DNA of 64,000 nucleotides from Hemiscyllium ocellatum (taxonomy: Eukaryota), in assembly GCF_020745735.1 (NCBI RefSeq), contig NC_083403.1, positions 66,683,003-66,747,002 of the forward strand, written 5' to 3'. Below, piece after piece: positions 1 through 12,599 of the stretch (its first letter is position 1; every line of letters starts with the position of its first letter). The notes beneath the pieces were generated by a model, which saw only the letters and a list, made by a program, of their open reading frames with translations, was not told where the DNA came from and did not search any database. Both the position numbers and the translations under genes were made by a program.

Positions 1-214
1 CTCCCTGCAGAGGGCTATGACTACAGTTACACATGTAAAGCTAGTACATGTAAACTGCTTCAAATTTCAATTTAATGAACAAAGGAGAAAGATGCCTGCT
101 TGGTAAACTTATGCCATGTTACTGCTATCCCTTACATGGATGTATGAGACTGAAACCAAAACTTTGCTTTGGCGACAAGTCGTACTGACGTTCCAATGCA
201 GTGGGACCATATGA

Positions 215-990
215 TCATAAGACCATAGGATGTAGGAGTAGAAACTGGCCATTCAGCCCATTGAATCTTCTCTGCTTTTCAATGAGATAATGGTTGATCT
301 GATAATCTTTCATTCCACTTTTCTGTTTTTTACCTATAAATCTTGATAGCTTCACTGATTAAAAATCTTTCTCAGCCTTCAATATACTTAATGACCCAAC
401 TTCTACAACCCTCTTTGGTAAAGACTTCGACAAATTCACTACCCTTTCAGAGAAGAAATTGCTTCTTATCTGTCTCTTAAGTGTATTACTCGTTATTCTG
501 TCATTTGCCATCTGCACTAACATTATCTAACAAGACGAACAACCTTTCCGCATCTATCCTGTGAAGTACCCTAAGAATGCTGGATGTTTTAAAAAGTTCC
601 AAAGTTCACAGAATACAAGCTCCGATGAAGAATCATCTTGACTCGAACTGTTAATTTGCTTTCTCTCCGTGGATGCTGCCAGCACTTTTGTTTTCAGTTC
701 ACAACCTACTCAACCTCTCCTGAAAGCAGTCCTTACATAACTGGGATCAGCCTAGTGAATCTTCTCTGGACTGCTTCCAATGTCATATATCTTTCCTCAG
801 ATATGGGCTCAAAACCGTTCATAATATTCCAGCTGTGGTCTGATGAATGCCTGACATAATTTTAGTAAATCTTCCTGACTTTTATACACTATTCCCTTTT
901 AAATAAAGCCCAATGTTTTGTTCGCCTTCTCTAATACCTCCTGAACTGGTATGCTAGCTTTTTGTGATTTGCATGTTAAAGGGAATGGAG
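215..990 (-). mobile_element. Degenerate CR1-clade LINE 3' fragment, with a decayed PLE-end insertion at ~620-700
   Basis: Starts with cataagaccatagg...ggccattcagccc, the reverse complement of a CR1 3' end. Resembles the other CR1 3' ends in the window. Confidence 0.7.
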
Positions 991-1229
991 TCAAATTTTC
1001 AAGAGGTACCTATAAGGATCACTTTTGCATCCCAGTTTCCATCCATAGCTGCCAGGTGCCCAGTTTTTGAAGAATAAGTTCAGTATCCTTTACAAGTGTT
1101 ACGTCAATAATACATAGTAAACAAAAACTGTTCTCTCCTAAAAGCACCCTTGATTCTCAGCCAGAAAGTTGTTGGGTTAAGTCCGATTACACATAAGCAC
1201 GATCTTGGTTGACAGTTCAGTTCATTATC

Positions 1230-1478
1230 CATAGAATCATAGAATCATAGAATCCCGACAGTGTGGAAACAGGCCCTTCGGCCCAACAAGTCTACACCGA
1301 CCCTCAAAAGAGTGACCTACTCAGACCTATCCCCCTACCCTATTATCCTATATTTACCCTTGACTAATGCACACAATCTCCACATCCCTGAACACTGTAG
1401 GCAATTTAGCATAGCCAATTCACCTAATCTGCACATCTGTGAGGCAGCAGTGCTAACCACTGAGCCACCGTGCCACCA
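1230..1478 (-). mobile_element. HE1-type tRNA-derived V-SINE, internally deleted, with (CATAGAAT)n tail
   Basis: Matches the 38210-38510 copy (gtgtggaaacaggcccttcggccc...gcagtgctaaccactgagccaccgtg). Tandem 8-mer tail at 1230-1253. Confidence 0.8.
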
Positions 1479-1724
1479 CACACTACAGTTTAATTACAGA
1501 TAGCCGGCATGGCTTTGAGAGGGGCAGGACATTGACAGAGCGTTAAATTTTAAAGGGGCTCTTTTTCAGACTGGAAAAAGTTTTCTCATGTGCATACAAC
1601 TGATTCAGAGGGTTTGGTGTGAAACTAGCTGTTATTTAATATTTAATTTGTATATTTTGTGTTCAACTCATTCTCTAAGATGAAATATATTGGAATCAAA
1701 ATGAAATATTAAAAATGTATAATC

Positions 1725-2264
1725 AAATATTTGGAATATTGCATGCAGTTCTGCTTGCCACATTACCAGAGGATGTGAGTGCTTTGGAAAGGGTTGAGAA
1801 AAGATTTACCAGGATGTTGCCTGTTCTGGAGAGTTTTAGTTGGTGAGGTTGGATAACCATGAATTGTTTCCACTCAGAAAACAGATACTGAGGGGTGACC
1901 TGAAAGGGGTCTACAAAATTATGAGAGGCAGAGTCAGATCCTTTTTTCCTGCGTGGAGAGGCTGACTACAATATGGCACAGGTTTAATGTGAGAAGGGGA
2001 ATGTTCAGGGGAGAATCGCTGGGAAATCTTTTCACACAGAGGGTGGTGAGTGCCAGGAAGGCACTGTCAGGGGAGGTGATGGAAGCAGGCATGTTAGCAA
2101 CTTTTAAGGTGTTCCTTGATAGATACATGACTGGGAGGTGAACAGAGGGATAAAAACTGTGCATGGGCAAGAGGTAGAGGGTCTAAATAAGGATAAGGAG
2201 TTGGCTCAGGCCTGGTGGGCCGAAGAGCCCATTCCTGTGTTGAATAGAATAGAATAGAATAGAA
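1725..2264 (+). mobile_element. CR1-clade LINE 3' fragment with (TAGAA)n tail
   Basis: Decayed RT C-terminal sequence (ORF-track GNLFTQRVV...FKVFLDRYM). Microsatellite tail at 2243-2264. Confidence 0.8.
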
Positions 2265-2282
2265 ATTTGGGGGTTGGGGGGA

Positions 2283-2595
2283 GTGTGGCAAGGTGGCTCA
2301 GTGGTTAGCATTGCTGCCCCACAGTGCCAAGACCTATGTTTGATTCCACCCTCATGTGAATGTCTGTGTGGAGTTTGCACATTCTCCCCGTATCTGCTCC
2401 GGGTGCTCCGGTTTCCTCCTACAGTTCAAAAATGTGCAGGCCATGCTAAATTGCCCATAGTGTCCAGTGATTTGTAGGTTAGGTGAATTAGTCACAGGGA
2501 ATGCAAGGTTACAGGGATGGAGTAGGGGGATGTGTCTGAATGGGATGCTCTTCAGAGGGTCAGTGCAGACTCAATGGGCCAAATGGCCGGCATCT
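2283..2595 (+). mobile_element. HE1-type V-SINE
   Basis: tRNA-like head (ggtggctcagtggttagcattgctgcc), V-domain (tgtctgtgtggagtttgcacattctcccc...ccggtttcctcc) and a LINE-like 3' end. Confidence 0.8.
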
Positions 2596-4199
2596 ACACT
2601 TTTGGGATTCTATGGTACGAAAGTAATTGTTTGACTGGATCCTTGGTCAATATTTGATATTCTAAGGTTGAGCACACTGGAAAATTTCACTTCCACACTA
2701 ATCTACACGAGGTAATATTTCCAATCTTCATATTACTTAGGTAGGCTTACCTTGTACAATAAGTGGAACACAAACTTGCAGAAAAATGAAATGAGTTGCA
2801 AATGAATCCAAATGTAAAACGGTGTAATATCCCACAGGCTCACTGGGGGAAGAACAGAAGTATCTTTCGTTAAAGGTGAATCAGACTTATTACAGCCCAA
2901 TTCATAAAAAGATTAAAGAAAACATAAAGATTATGTTGGCAATTTCTACATTTTTCTGCATTCCAATGCAATTGAGACAATTCTCGTGCTAATAAAAACA
3001 TCATTACATTACCTTATTATTCTGCCAATAAAAATAGGCAAGAATACTTTTGCAAATACATTTAGAGAAGTTTTCTCAATTAGCAGCATGTCAATTGATG
3101 TTTAGGCAGTTGGCAGATGAACAAGTTAAACTTTTGTCTTGCAGGAAGGGTCCATTTTGCGATACAGTGGTTTAGACAGTCCATAGTAGCAAAGTGTTAT
3201 CTGAATCTGATAACTGGGCTTTTGCACTTTTCAAAATTGAAACCTGAATGTGAGATCGCAGGGAAGAGGGTTTGATAGAACTTTCAGCTATCTCCGCTCT
3301 TAAAGGGAAATGCTGCTTGGGATGCCAGAGTGCAATACATCATATTGCCACAAGATATTCTTCTGTTTTTGGCCCTTGTTGATCATGCAGTGAAGAAGGA
3401 GCAAGGAGGCCAGAGGAGTTTATAGACTTACCAGAAGAAATTAAGAAAGATTACCTAACTCTCAAACTCAAGCATAAATCCTTCTCCTACAACTCTCTGA
3501 GGGGAATGCTTGAGGTATATATTTCCCAAAATGTACACTTTTTGGGACAACTGAAAACCATCTTCAATACACCACTCTGTGCATGGAACTGAACACTTGA
3601 CATTTTCTGTATTCAGATCATTTCAGACTAGTAGAAGCACTATCTTGAGAATGACTCTAGCCTCGAGTTTTAATTCTCAGGGCAAACTTGTCCTGTTATT
3701 GTAACCCTGAACCAATCAGGGCACAAAATGTAAATCTTGCGAAGGAGAAAACATGTCAAAATGCAGGATACATTCTCTGATGAAGTCCTGATCGTGGATA
3801 AAGATCCTGATCTATTCTCCTGTCAACTCGAAACATCTACGAGTATAGATGCCCCCGGAGAGATTCATGGAGGTGACCCCTGCAGGACTGCCCTCAACAC
3901 CTTCGCTGAAGATTGTTGCAATAAAGATAACTCATCCCTATATATTAATATGGAATCATTCAGAAAATTTATTGTGTCAAAAGAATGATATAGTAGAGGG
4001 AAGGCCTCCAATGGGACATTTACCTTCATTGTCAATTTGGCTGTTTCTGTACTGACTTGTTGATATGGAAGTGTGGAGATGGCAGTCACTGTGTTATTCA
4101 TCATCCTGCAGTATTACAATGCTTGATGATCTCTTTGCCTTTGTACCAACATCTTGCTTTCAAGAAGACCACCATCTCAAACTGGTGAAGTTTGATACG

Positions 4200-5150
4200 A
4201 AATTGTCCAACCCTTCCTCATAAGACAGGCAACCCATGCCAGGCATTAGACTGCTAAACCTTCTCTGAAATGCCTCCAATGCCTTTTACATCCATCCTTA
4301 ATTAAGGCGATCAATATTTTACACAGTATTCCATATGTGGTCTCACCAATGCCATACAAAACTGAATCATAACTTGCCTATTTTGTATTCAGTGCCCCTT
4401 TCCTGAAATAATAACACTCTAATAGCTTTCCTAATTACATGCTGTACCTGCACTCTAATGTTTTATGATTCATGCATTAGGTGATCCATGCATCACTGTA
4501 CTCTAGCATCTCTCACCATTAAGGTAATATGCTTCTTTTTTATTGTACCTATCAAAATGGATAATTTCACATTTCCACACATTTACTGCATGTGCCAGAT
4601 CTTTTCTCATTCACTTAATCTTTCTATATCCCTTTGGAGTTTCCTTATGACCTCTCCACAACTAACTTTACTGCCTGTCTTTGCATTATCAGCAAATTTA
4701 GTGACTAAACCTTGACTCTCTTCATCCAAGTCATTTGTGTAAATCATAAAATACAGAGTCCTGATTTTGTTACACACCCCCTGTTTCCTTACGTCAACCA
4801 GAAAATGACTCATGTATGCTTATTCTCTGTCTCCTATTAGTTACCCAATTTTACTTGCATGCCAATATGCCATCCTGTACACCATGAGCTTCCATTTTCC
4901 GCAATATATTTGACCTGGTGTGAAATTTAAGTACTGTATATCCACCAGTTCCCCTTTCTTCACAGTACATGTTACTTCATCAAAAAACTTTGATTGTTTG
5001 GTTAGACATGATATTCTTTTCACAAAACCATGTTGATTCTATCTGATTACCTTGAATTCATCTAAGTGCCTGACTAGTAGATTTTTAATAATAGCTTCAA
5101 ATATTTCATGTATGAGAGCTCTTAAATAACTGGCTTGTAGTTTCCTGCTT
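4200..5150 (-). mobile_element. Degenerate CR1 LINE RT fragment
   Basis: Minus-strand ORF pieces IYTNDLDEE...TKFADNAK...LQRDIERLSE and VDIQYLNF are CR1 RT motifs. Confidence 0.8.
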
Positions 5151-5954
5151 TCCTACAGAAAACTGACGCAAGTGTGTCAAGTGCTCAAGCTACCTTTTTT
5201 CAGTGTGATTTCTGAGCTCACATCATCTCAGGAATAGCATAATGCTTTAAACTTGTATTTCTTTACACTCTTCCAGTCATTGGTATCTGTAATGCTGGCA
5301 AACTATATAGTTTACAAAAATGATTTGCATGCTCTTATTCCACCTCAGTATCACAGGGTGAGTTGCCTCTGTGATGGCATCATGGCTTTGGCTATCAGAA
5401 GTCTCAGAAACTTTGAAGAATAGTGTATTTTTGATCAGAAATTAATAAAGGAGTTGATGTTCAGGGGAATGAATCAATGCTGCCGCAAGAAAATATTCAG
5501 GCATTTGACAAATCACACTGAGCAGTAACTATTGTTGGAATAGAAATGCCTTATTACAACAATCCTGATATAAATGTGCAGGCAGACGACTCACCCTGTG
5601 ATACTAAGGCGGAATAACAGTGTGCAAAGCACTTTTGTAAACTTCAGGGACTGAGGTGCAAAGACATCCTGTAAATATAAAATAAACGTTCCAATTATGA
5701 CAGAAACTGGCTCGAAATTATGGGAAGAAGAAAACATGGAAAATAGAAGCTGAAGGGGCAGGCTTCAGTATTAATATTATACCTGTACCTTCTGTTGTAG
5801 AACATTATTGTCCAGTTTTATTATTACTTTCTCTAGTTGTGCAACTGAACTATTGGGACACAGCAAAAAAAAAAGAAAGCTCTACTCCGAAAGAGGTTCC
5901 AATGTTGAATTTTCTACCACTAGTGTTAGAAGAGAATAGAAGATTGAATCAAGG

Positions 5955-6380
5955 GGAACATAGAAGATATTCAACCCTTAACCATTCAACCCCTTGAACC
6001 TGTTCCAACATTCAATATGTTAATGGCGAGTCATTGAGCTCAATTCCCTAATCCTGCTATTTGCCATATTCCTTGACCCCGTGGGCCATAAGAGCTAATC
6101 TACTTCTTCCTTTAAAAAGCACATAATGTTTTTGACTCAGCAACTTTTCATGACAGTGACTTCCATAGACTCTCTATGTGAAGAAATTTCTCCTCATTTC
6201 AGACCTAAAAGGTTTCCTCCTTATTTTAGACCATGACCCTTGGTTCTGGATTCCTCCAGCATCAGAAGCATCCTTCCTGCGAAGAACCTGTCTGGGTCCT
6301 GTTAGAATTGTATAGGTTTCTATGAGATCCCCCTCATCCTTCTGAACACTAGTGAATACAACCCTGATGGACTCAATCTC
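5955..6380 (-). mobile_element. CR1 LINE 3' fragment
   Basis: ORF piece GDLIETY...FRSEMRRNFFT. The 3' tail gaacatagaa lies at ~5956. Confidence 0.75.
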
Positions 6381-6531
6381 AATCCTAAATACATGAAGGA
6401 TAAAGGAACAGAAAGATACAGTAATAGGATTGGATGAGATGGATTGGAGGAGACTTGTAAAGATCATAAATTCTAGAGTAGTTCATTTGGGCCAAGTGAT
6501 CTGCAAGTGCTGCAAAGTCTATGTGAAACAA

Positions 6532-6992
6532 AGTTAAAAATCACACAACACCAGGTTATAGTCCAACAGGTTTAATTGGAAGCACACTAGCTTTCGGAGC
6601 GATGCTCCTTCATCAGGTGGTAGTGGAAGGCTCATATGTTGACATATGTTGACAATTGTCTAGCTATCACATTGTTAACAGCTACCCCGAGAATGCAACT
6701 TTTTAAAAAAAAGTTTTGTGATTTACACATGAAAGAAGTGAAACTATCACTGTATTCTAACAGATGAAAGGCTTAACAGACAATCAATTTTTTAATGTAT
6801 AATTTCAGTTACATCACACTGTAAATTTTTGCTATAAATTCTGTGTGTTAGGATTGAGCCCTTCACTATCACCTGGTGAAGGAGCATTGCTCCAAAAGCT
6901 AGTGTGCTTCCAATTAAACCTGCTGGACTATAACCTGGTGTTGTGTGATTTTTAACTTTGTACACCCCAGTCCAACACCGGCATCTCCAAAT
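6532..6992. mobile_element. PLE 3'-end insertion (family B) with an inverted copy of its own end; a hammerhead motif on each strand
   Basis: 6532-6633 is the reverse complement of ~6857-6958. 12-bp TSD tatgtgaaacaa at 6520-6531 and 6993-7004. The minus-strand hammerhead is intact (cac CTGATGA a ggagc atc gctcc GAAA gc ta gtg); the plus copy is mutated. Confidence 0.85.
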
Positions 6993-7809
6993 TATGTGAA
7001 ACAAGATGGTCTTTGCCTTGTTAGCACTTTGAACTACTTATACACTTTTATATACGATTTACAGATTTGTGATAGGAACTTATTTAGTCAATTACTTGTG
7101 CTAGTGAGCACATTTTTTTTGTAATAAAATATTGTTGTAATTGTTCACTGGGCTCAAATTGACACTGCAGAGATAAAGCTCATAGCAGAATGATCGAATT
7201 CTAAGCAAGTGATTTGTATTTACTTAAAGCATTTTAACTGGGATATATAACTTATTAACAGTACTTTTCCATGAGCAACATGATCACAACTGGAATCAAA
7301 ACAAGTGGATGTGATTACTGTAGAATTAATACTCCTACTGTGATCTGTGGATGAGGTCATATTGTGCGTGACTATTGGGTACCAAGGCTTTCAAGACTTT
7401 TATTAAAGTGCGTAGTGTTCTTTATCTCTCTTTGTTAAACTGTCTACAATTTGTATCATTTTCAAGGACATACCATGAATTCCAGTGCTACTTAATAGTG
7501 ATCATTATTTTCTGGTCAGTTCAGATCACAAAGATAGCTCTTTGAAAATTGATTCCATAAAAACCACAAGGGCTTCCAAGAACAGAACCGCCAGACTGAG
7601 AAATTCTGAAGTCGTAGATATTAAAATTCCATTTTCACTTAAGGTGGTAATATGTGGAGGAATAACTTTGAGACATGAGAACTTTCATCAAAGGCTTTGA
7701 AGGGAATCAATTACAAATGTGTTTAGTTTCAGAATCTCGTGTGAATCTGGACAAGTTTATTAAAAGAAAGACCGTTCGTTTAGTCTGTCTGGTTTAATGT
7801 TTGAAAAGG

Positions 7810-8228
7810 AAGAAGACTTTCATTTCTTTGGTGCTTTTCATTACTGTAGAACTCTTTAAAGTGCTTCACAATTAAGAACTTTGAAAGTACAGTCAATGCA
7901 GGAAATGAGTCAACCGAAGATGAATAAACAGCAATGTAATAATAACTGGATAATTATTTTTCATGATGTTGGTTAAGAGATAAATAGAGGCTTTTTCTCT
8001 CCAGTCACAAAAGCCCATGGTCCTCTTCAAAGTAATCACATTGGCTTTCTAAATTCGACTGAATGGAACATTAGGCCTTTTGCTTTAGTGTCTTATCCAA
8101 TGGATGTATTCTCTGGCAAAACAGCATTCCCTCAACACTGCACTGGAGTATTTGGATAGTCTGTCCAAATATCTGGAGTGGGGCTGGAATTCATAACTGT
8201 CTGAGGGAGACTGTTACCACTGAGCCGT
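7810..8228 (-). mobile_element. Ancient Deu-domain SINE (SacSINE1/AmnSINE1-like), decayed
   Basis: Recognisable pieces: aaacagcaatgtaataat...gatgttggttaagagataaat, cattccctcaacactgcactggag, and the tRNA-like head accactgagcc. Recognition is from memory of the family consensus. Confidence 0.55.
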
Positions 8229-8809
8229 GTGGATATAAGAGATGTCATGGCCGCCGAGGATGACCTTTGCAAACTATCAGCCGCCTTTCTTATTCAAAAC
8301 CACTTTGCCAGCTCACTTGGTCTGCCACAAAACTTACAGCTCAACTTGACAGTCAATTGCTTTAAAGGGACACTGCCATGTGACATTTGATTTCATTCCC
8401 AGGCCAGGTATGCAATGATAGAAGAAATCCTGGCTTCACAAAAGTAACTTTAAAAGTATTATTGATTGAAAACAATTGATTACCAGTTGTATTTAGGGTA
8501 GCAGTCATACATTTGGTTTTGCCCCACATACTATAGTTTTTACCTGATCTGGTTGCTGTCTAGGACCACAAAGCTTCACATCTGGTACTTTAACTCTTTG
8601 TTTACCTCAATCAAGTGGAAGGGACCTGTATTTGTTCTTTGCCCTGTTTGCAGCAGTCTTGAGACAATGGTTGCACAATGAAAGACATAATTTTCAGACC
8701 TTTTTTCTCCCCCCCATCAGCTGTAGTCTCTGGAATGTTTCCAAATCCACAAAAGTGATGATATTATTCAGTGCGTGATGAAGCAAATCCCATGTGTTTC
8801 TGCCTTGCA

Positions 8810-9720
8810 AAAAGTTGGCAAATGGAGTAAAACGTGGAAAAACATGAAATTGTTTATTCATGAAAAACATGAATATTGTTTAAAAAGGTAGAACCTGTAG
8901 GAAGGCGCTTGGGGATACTTATACATGTAACATAGAAAGCTAGCACACATGTGGAGCAGGTAAATAGGAAAGCTAATGGAAGGTTGACCCTTATTTAAAA
9001 GGGGGCTGGAGTATAAGAGTAAGGAAGTCTTACTGCAACTGTATAAGATGATGTTGTGAGCAGTTTTGGTCCCCTTGTTTAAGGAAAGTTATTATCTCAT
9101 TGGAGCTAGTTCAGAGGAGGTTCACTGGAACGATACGAAAAACAAAAAGTGTTGGAAATCACAATGGGTCAGACAGCATCCATGATTTCCAACAGTTATG
9201 ATTTCCAACACTTTTTGTTTCTAGTACTGATTTCAACACCTGCAGTAACTTGCTCCTTCACTGGAATGGTCTCTGTTATGGAGGGCTTGTCTTATGAACA
9301 TAGATTAAACAGGGGTTGGCACTCTACTCACTGCAGTTTAGAAGAATGAGAGGTGATTTCATTGAAACATATTGGATTCTTAATGGGCTTGACAGGATAA
9401 ATGCTGAGATGATCTTTCCCCTCATGGGAGACCAGAGGGAATAATCTTAAAATAAAGAAATGCCAGTTTAAGACAGAGAAGAGGAGGGAGGGCTTTCTTC
9501 TCTCTGAGGGTTGTGAGTCTTTGGAACTCCTTGCCACAGACAGTTGTGGGAACAGAGGCCTTGTGTATATATAAGACTGAGATAGATTCTTCATCAGTAG
9601 GGGAATTAAGGGCTGTGGGGAAAAAGCAATGTAAAGAATGTCAGTTCAGCCATAATCCTATGAATGGTGGAACAGGTTCGAGGGGCCAAATGGCTTTTCC
9701 TGTTCCTATTTATTTTGGTC
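8810..9720 (+). mobile_element. CR1 LINE 3' fragment interrupted by an inverted PLE-end insertion (~9135-9256)
   Basis: MEGLSYEHRLNR and SLWNSLPQ motifs. The insertion is flanked by ttcactggaacgat (9121-9134) and ttcactggaatggt (9257-9270). Confidence 0.8.
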
Positions 9721-10571
9721 TTTCTCTGAATGTGTGTTAATTTGCCTAATTCCTCTTATTCCTGTATATGCTCATTATGGTGCAGGAAAGAAACCCTCAC
9801 AGCCATCCCAAATCATCATTGTTTTCAGCTTCTAGAAAAAACATATCTTTACCACACTGATTCTTGTGGTTACTGCTGTATTGTAATAGATAGATTCAAG
9901 CACCAAAAACAGAATCTGAGAACTTCTACAGTCCGTTCTGTGACTGTTCTTGGGATGATACAGCTGCCATTGTTGCTCTCTCTTTATCTATGGAAAGCTT
10001 TGAGCTCATAAGCCATGTAGCAAGGATATCAAACGACATTTCAAAATAATATAATAACAAAGTGCAAGAAGTTGTGACCAAATTGTACAATGCTTCATTT
10101 AAGCCACTAAAGTGTCAATACCGTATCCAACTATGGTTATTACGATGAGAGGCTATTGGTGCTGAAAAGGCTCAGCTATGAGGATAGAATGGAAATAGAC
10201 TCAATTTGAACCTTGAACAGATTGAGAAGGTGACTAGAAGAGCTCTTGTTGCCTGCTTGAAGTCACTGAAAAGAAACCTGACTTTGTTTGAGGAAATAAA
10301 ACTTTAGGATGCATGTATTGTGATGACCAAAATGACCTTTCATGTCTATAACCATCTTGTGATCTCATAAAGGAGTTGGATCAGGACGTGGAGGATATGG
10401 ACCCACAATACATGGAGGCGTGCAGCTGACAGAGAAGCAGAAGGTCCTCAATTTTCTTTTAAATTTTTCAAGGATTGAAACAAGTGGTTAAAGTTTAAAG
10501 ATATAATTAGTGAATAAGAGTTAGAGATTTGTCTGACCATGTCAAACCTTTCACATTCTTCCCCAAAAAGC

Positions 10572-10775
10572 CAGGAGTCAAACAACACCGGGTTATAGCC
10601 CAACAGGTTTATTTGAAATCACAAGCTTTTGGTGCACTGCTCCTTCATCAGACTTGATGAGGATACAGCGCCCTGAAAGCTTGAGATTCTAAATAAACAT
10701 GTTGGACACAAACCTGGTGTTGTGTGACTCCTGGCCTTGCCCACTCCAGTCCAACACCAGCACCTCCACACCATT
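10572..10775. mobile_element. Older family-B PLE-end inverted pair with decayed hammerheads
   Basis: 10575-10650 is an inverted copy of ~10652-10730 and is homologous to the 6532 and 30838 elements. Confidence 0.75.
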
Positions 10776-12599
10776 CCTCAAAAAGAACATCAGAGTTCAA
10801 GTTATCCCAGAAATACTGTTTGTGGCTCTTCAGGGAATTGGACAGGTCATTCTTTTAGTTAGGAATGTTTGCCAGACACACTACCAGGAGACAAAAAGAA
10901 ACAAATTTATGACTGTGTATGTCATTGGATTTGAAAGCTAACTGAAGTAAAATTACTGAAGCATAACAAAATCACTCATTTAAACTTAAGCATAAATCAC
11001 AGAACTCACTGCCTTCTAATGATCAGGCTGGTATTCTATTCATCCTACAAGCCAGTTTAATTTCAGATTAAGTGTATTTCTACAAAATAACAAAAAACCT
11101 TCTCACAGAGAGAGATTAAAGAAAACCTTCCACTTATGTCTGAAAAAATAACAAATATTTGTTTTGAATCCGAACATTTATTATTTGGTCCTGTAAAAAA
11201 GAGTGACTGAAGATGGGGAGAGTGCATGAAGAAGAATTAGAAATGTGAACTGCAAAAAAGTGAACACAACATTGTGCCTGTGCTTTCAAACTGGAACATT
11301 AAAAGCAGATGTCAACCCTATGAGCTTTTACTGTGTTGGCAGTAGCTTTGTGTACACAGGAGACATTAAACTAGTTCTAAATGGGTTGTCCACTTACTAA
11401 GGATTTAAAAGCCTAATAAAATTTTCGCTGATGGCTATTTATTCTTGTACTGGCATGTAGGATTTGTCACTGAGTGACCTATTCATCAAGTACTTGGATT
11501 CACATTTTTAAAGGCTGTGAGGCTTAACTACTAAGGAGATTCCATCTGTCTCCTAACAGAGCTTTGGAGGTGAACTTTAATGTAACCTGCCCAACAAGAA
11601 TGTGAAATCTTTATTTTGACCAGAAGCTGCCCTGTTTTCTCAGAGTGGGTTGGAATAAAATCAGAGCTGAGAGACAAACAAAATGCAATCTTGGCTTTCC
11701 ACACTCCTACCATCATTTCAGTGAGATTTTTTCCAGCATGATCACCAATCTGCCTGAATAATGTGTCCAGACATGAAGCTTAGATTCCCAAAAACAAATC
11801 TGAAGAAAGCAGTTGAATAGAAGATAGCTGCGTGCACTTCCTGGACACAAGAAAGCCATAGGGGGTAGGTTTTTCTCAAATGTGTTGGAGGAGAGGGAGT
11901 AAACCTGGAGCAGAAGTTTCTTTTTGGGTTAGGACACAAACGTTTGATGAAATCTGGGTCATGAACCTATGCTGCAGTTCTTAAACAGTTAGCTGACACA
12001 ATTTTTGCAGAATTCATAATCGATAAGCAAAGGATGCACTCAGCTTCCAATAAAGGATGGCAGGTGTGCTTTCAAAGCTGGAAGGTAAATGGAAAGTGCA
12101 CATGCACAGAGGAGCTGCAGCCCACTGACACAGTGAAGGAAGAGAGAGGGCATCACTGTTCTGAACCTCTCAACAGTTTCTTTGAACTCTGATTAAAAAA
12201 TTAACCACAGCGGGGGATGGTGGTGTTTGGAGGGCTGGGAGGGGCATGTTGGAGGTTGGAGGGTAAGGTGGGGATTGGGGGAGTGGCGATGTTTGTGACT
12301 GCACTATAATTCTGCAGGTTTGGTGGCTGCAAGAGGGTGTGAACTGAAATTATTCTTGAGTGGTGACAGCCCCCTTCTTGTGCAACGTCCTCACCCTACT
12401 GCACCTTGGTATTTGTGAAGCGAAGAATGTTGCCAACATTCTTTGTTCCTTGATTGGGTCTGAGAGTCTACTCAGTTTACAGTGTTAGGGGAGCAAGTAC
12501 ATCTACTAGATATCTTAGCCAGAAGAAGCTCTCATCTAAATATGATGTAGCTACTTGCTTTCATTCAACAAACTACAAGTTACATTAGTTAGTTAGACA

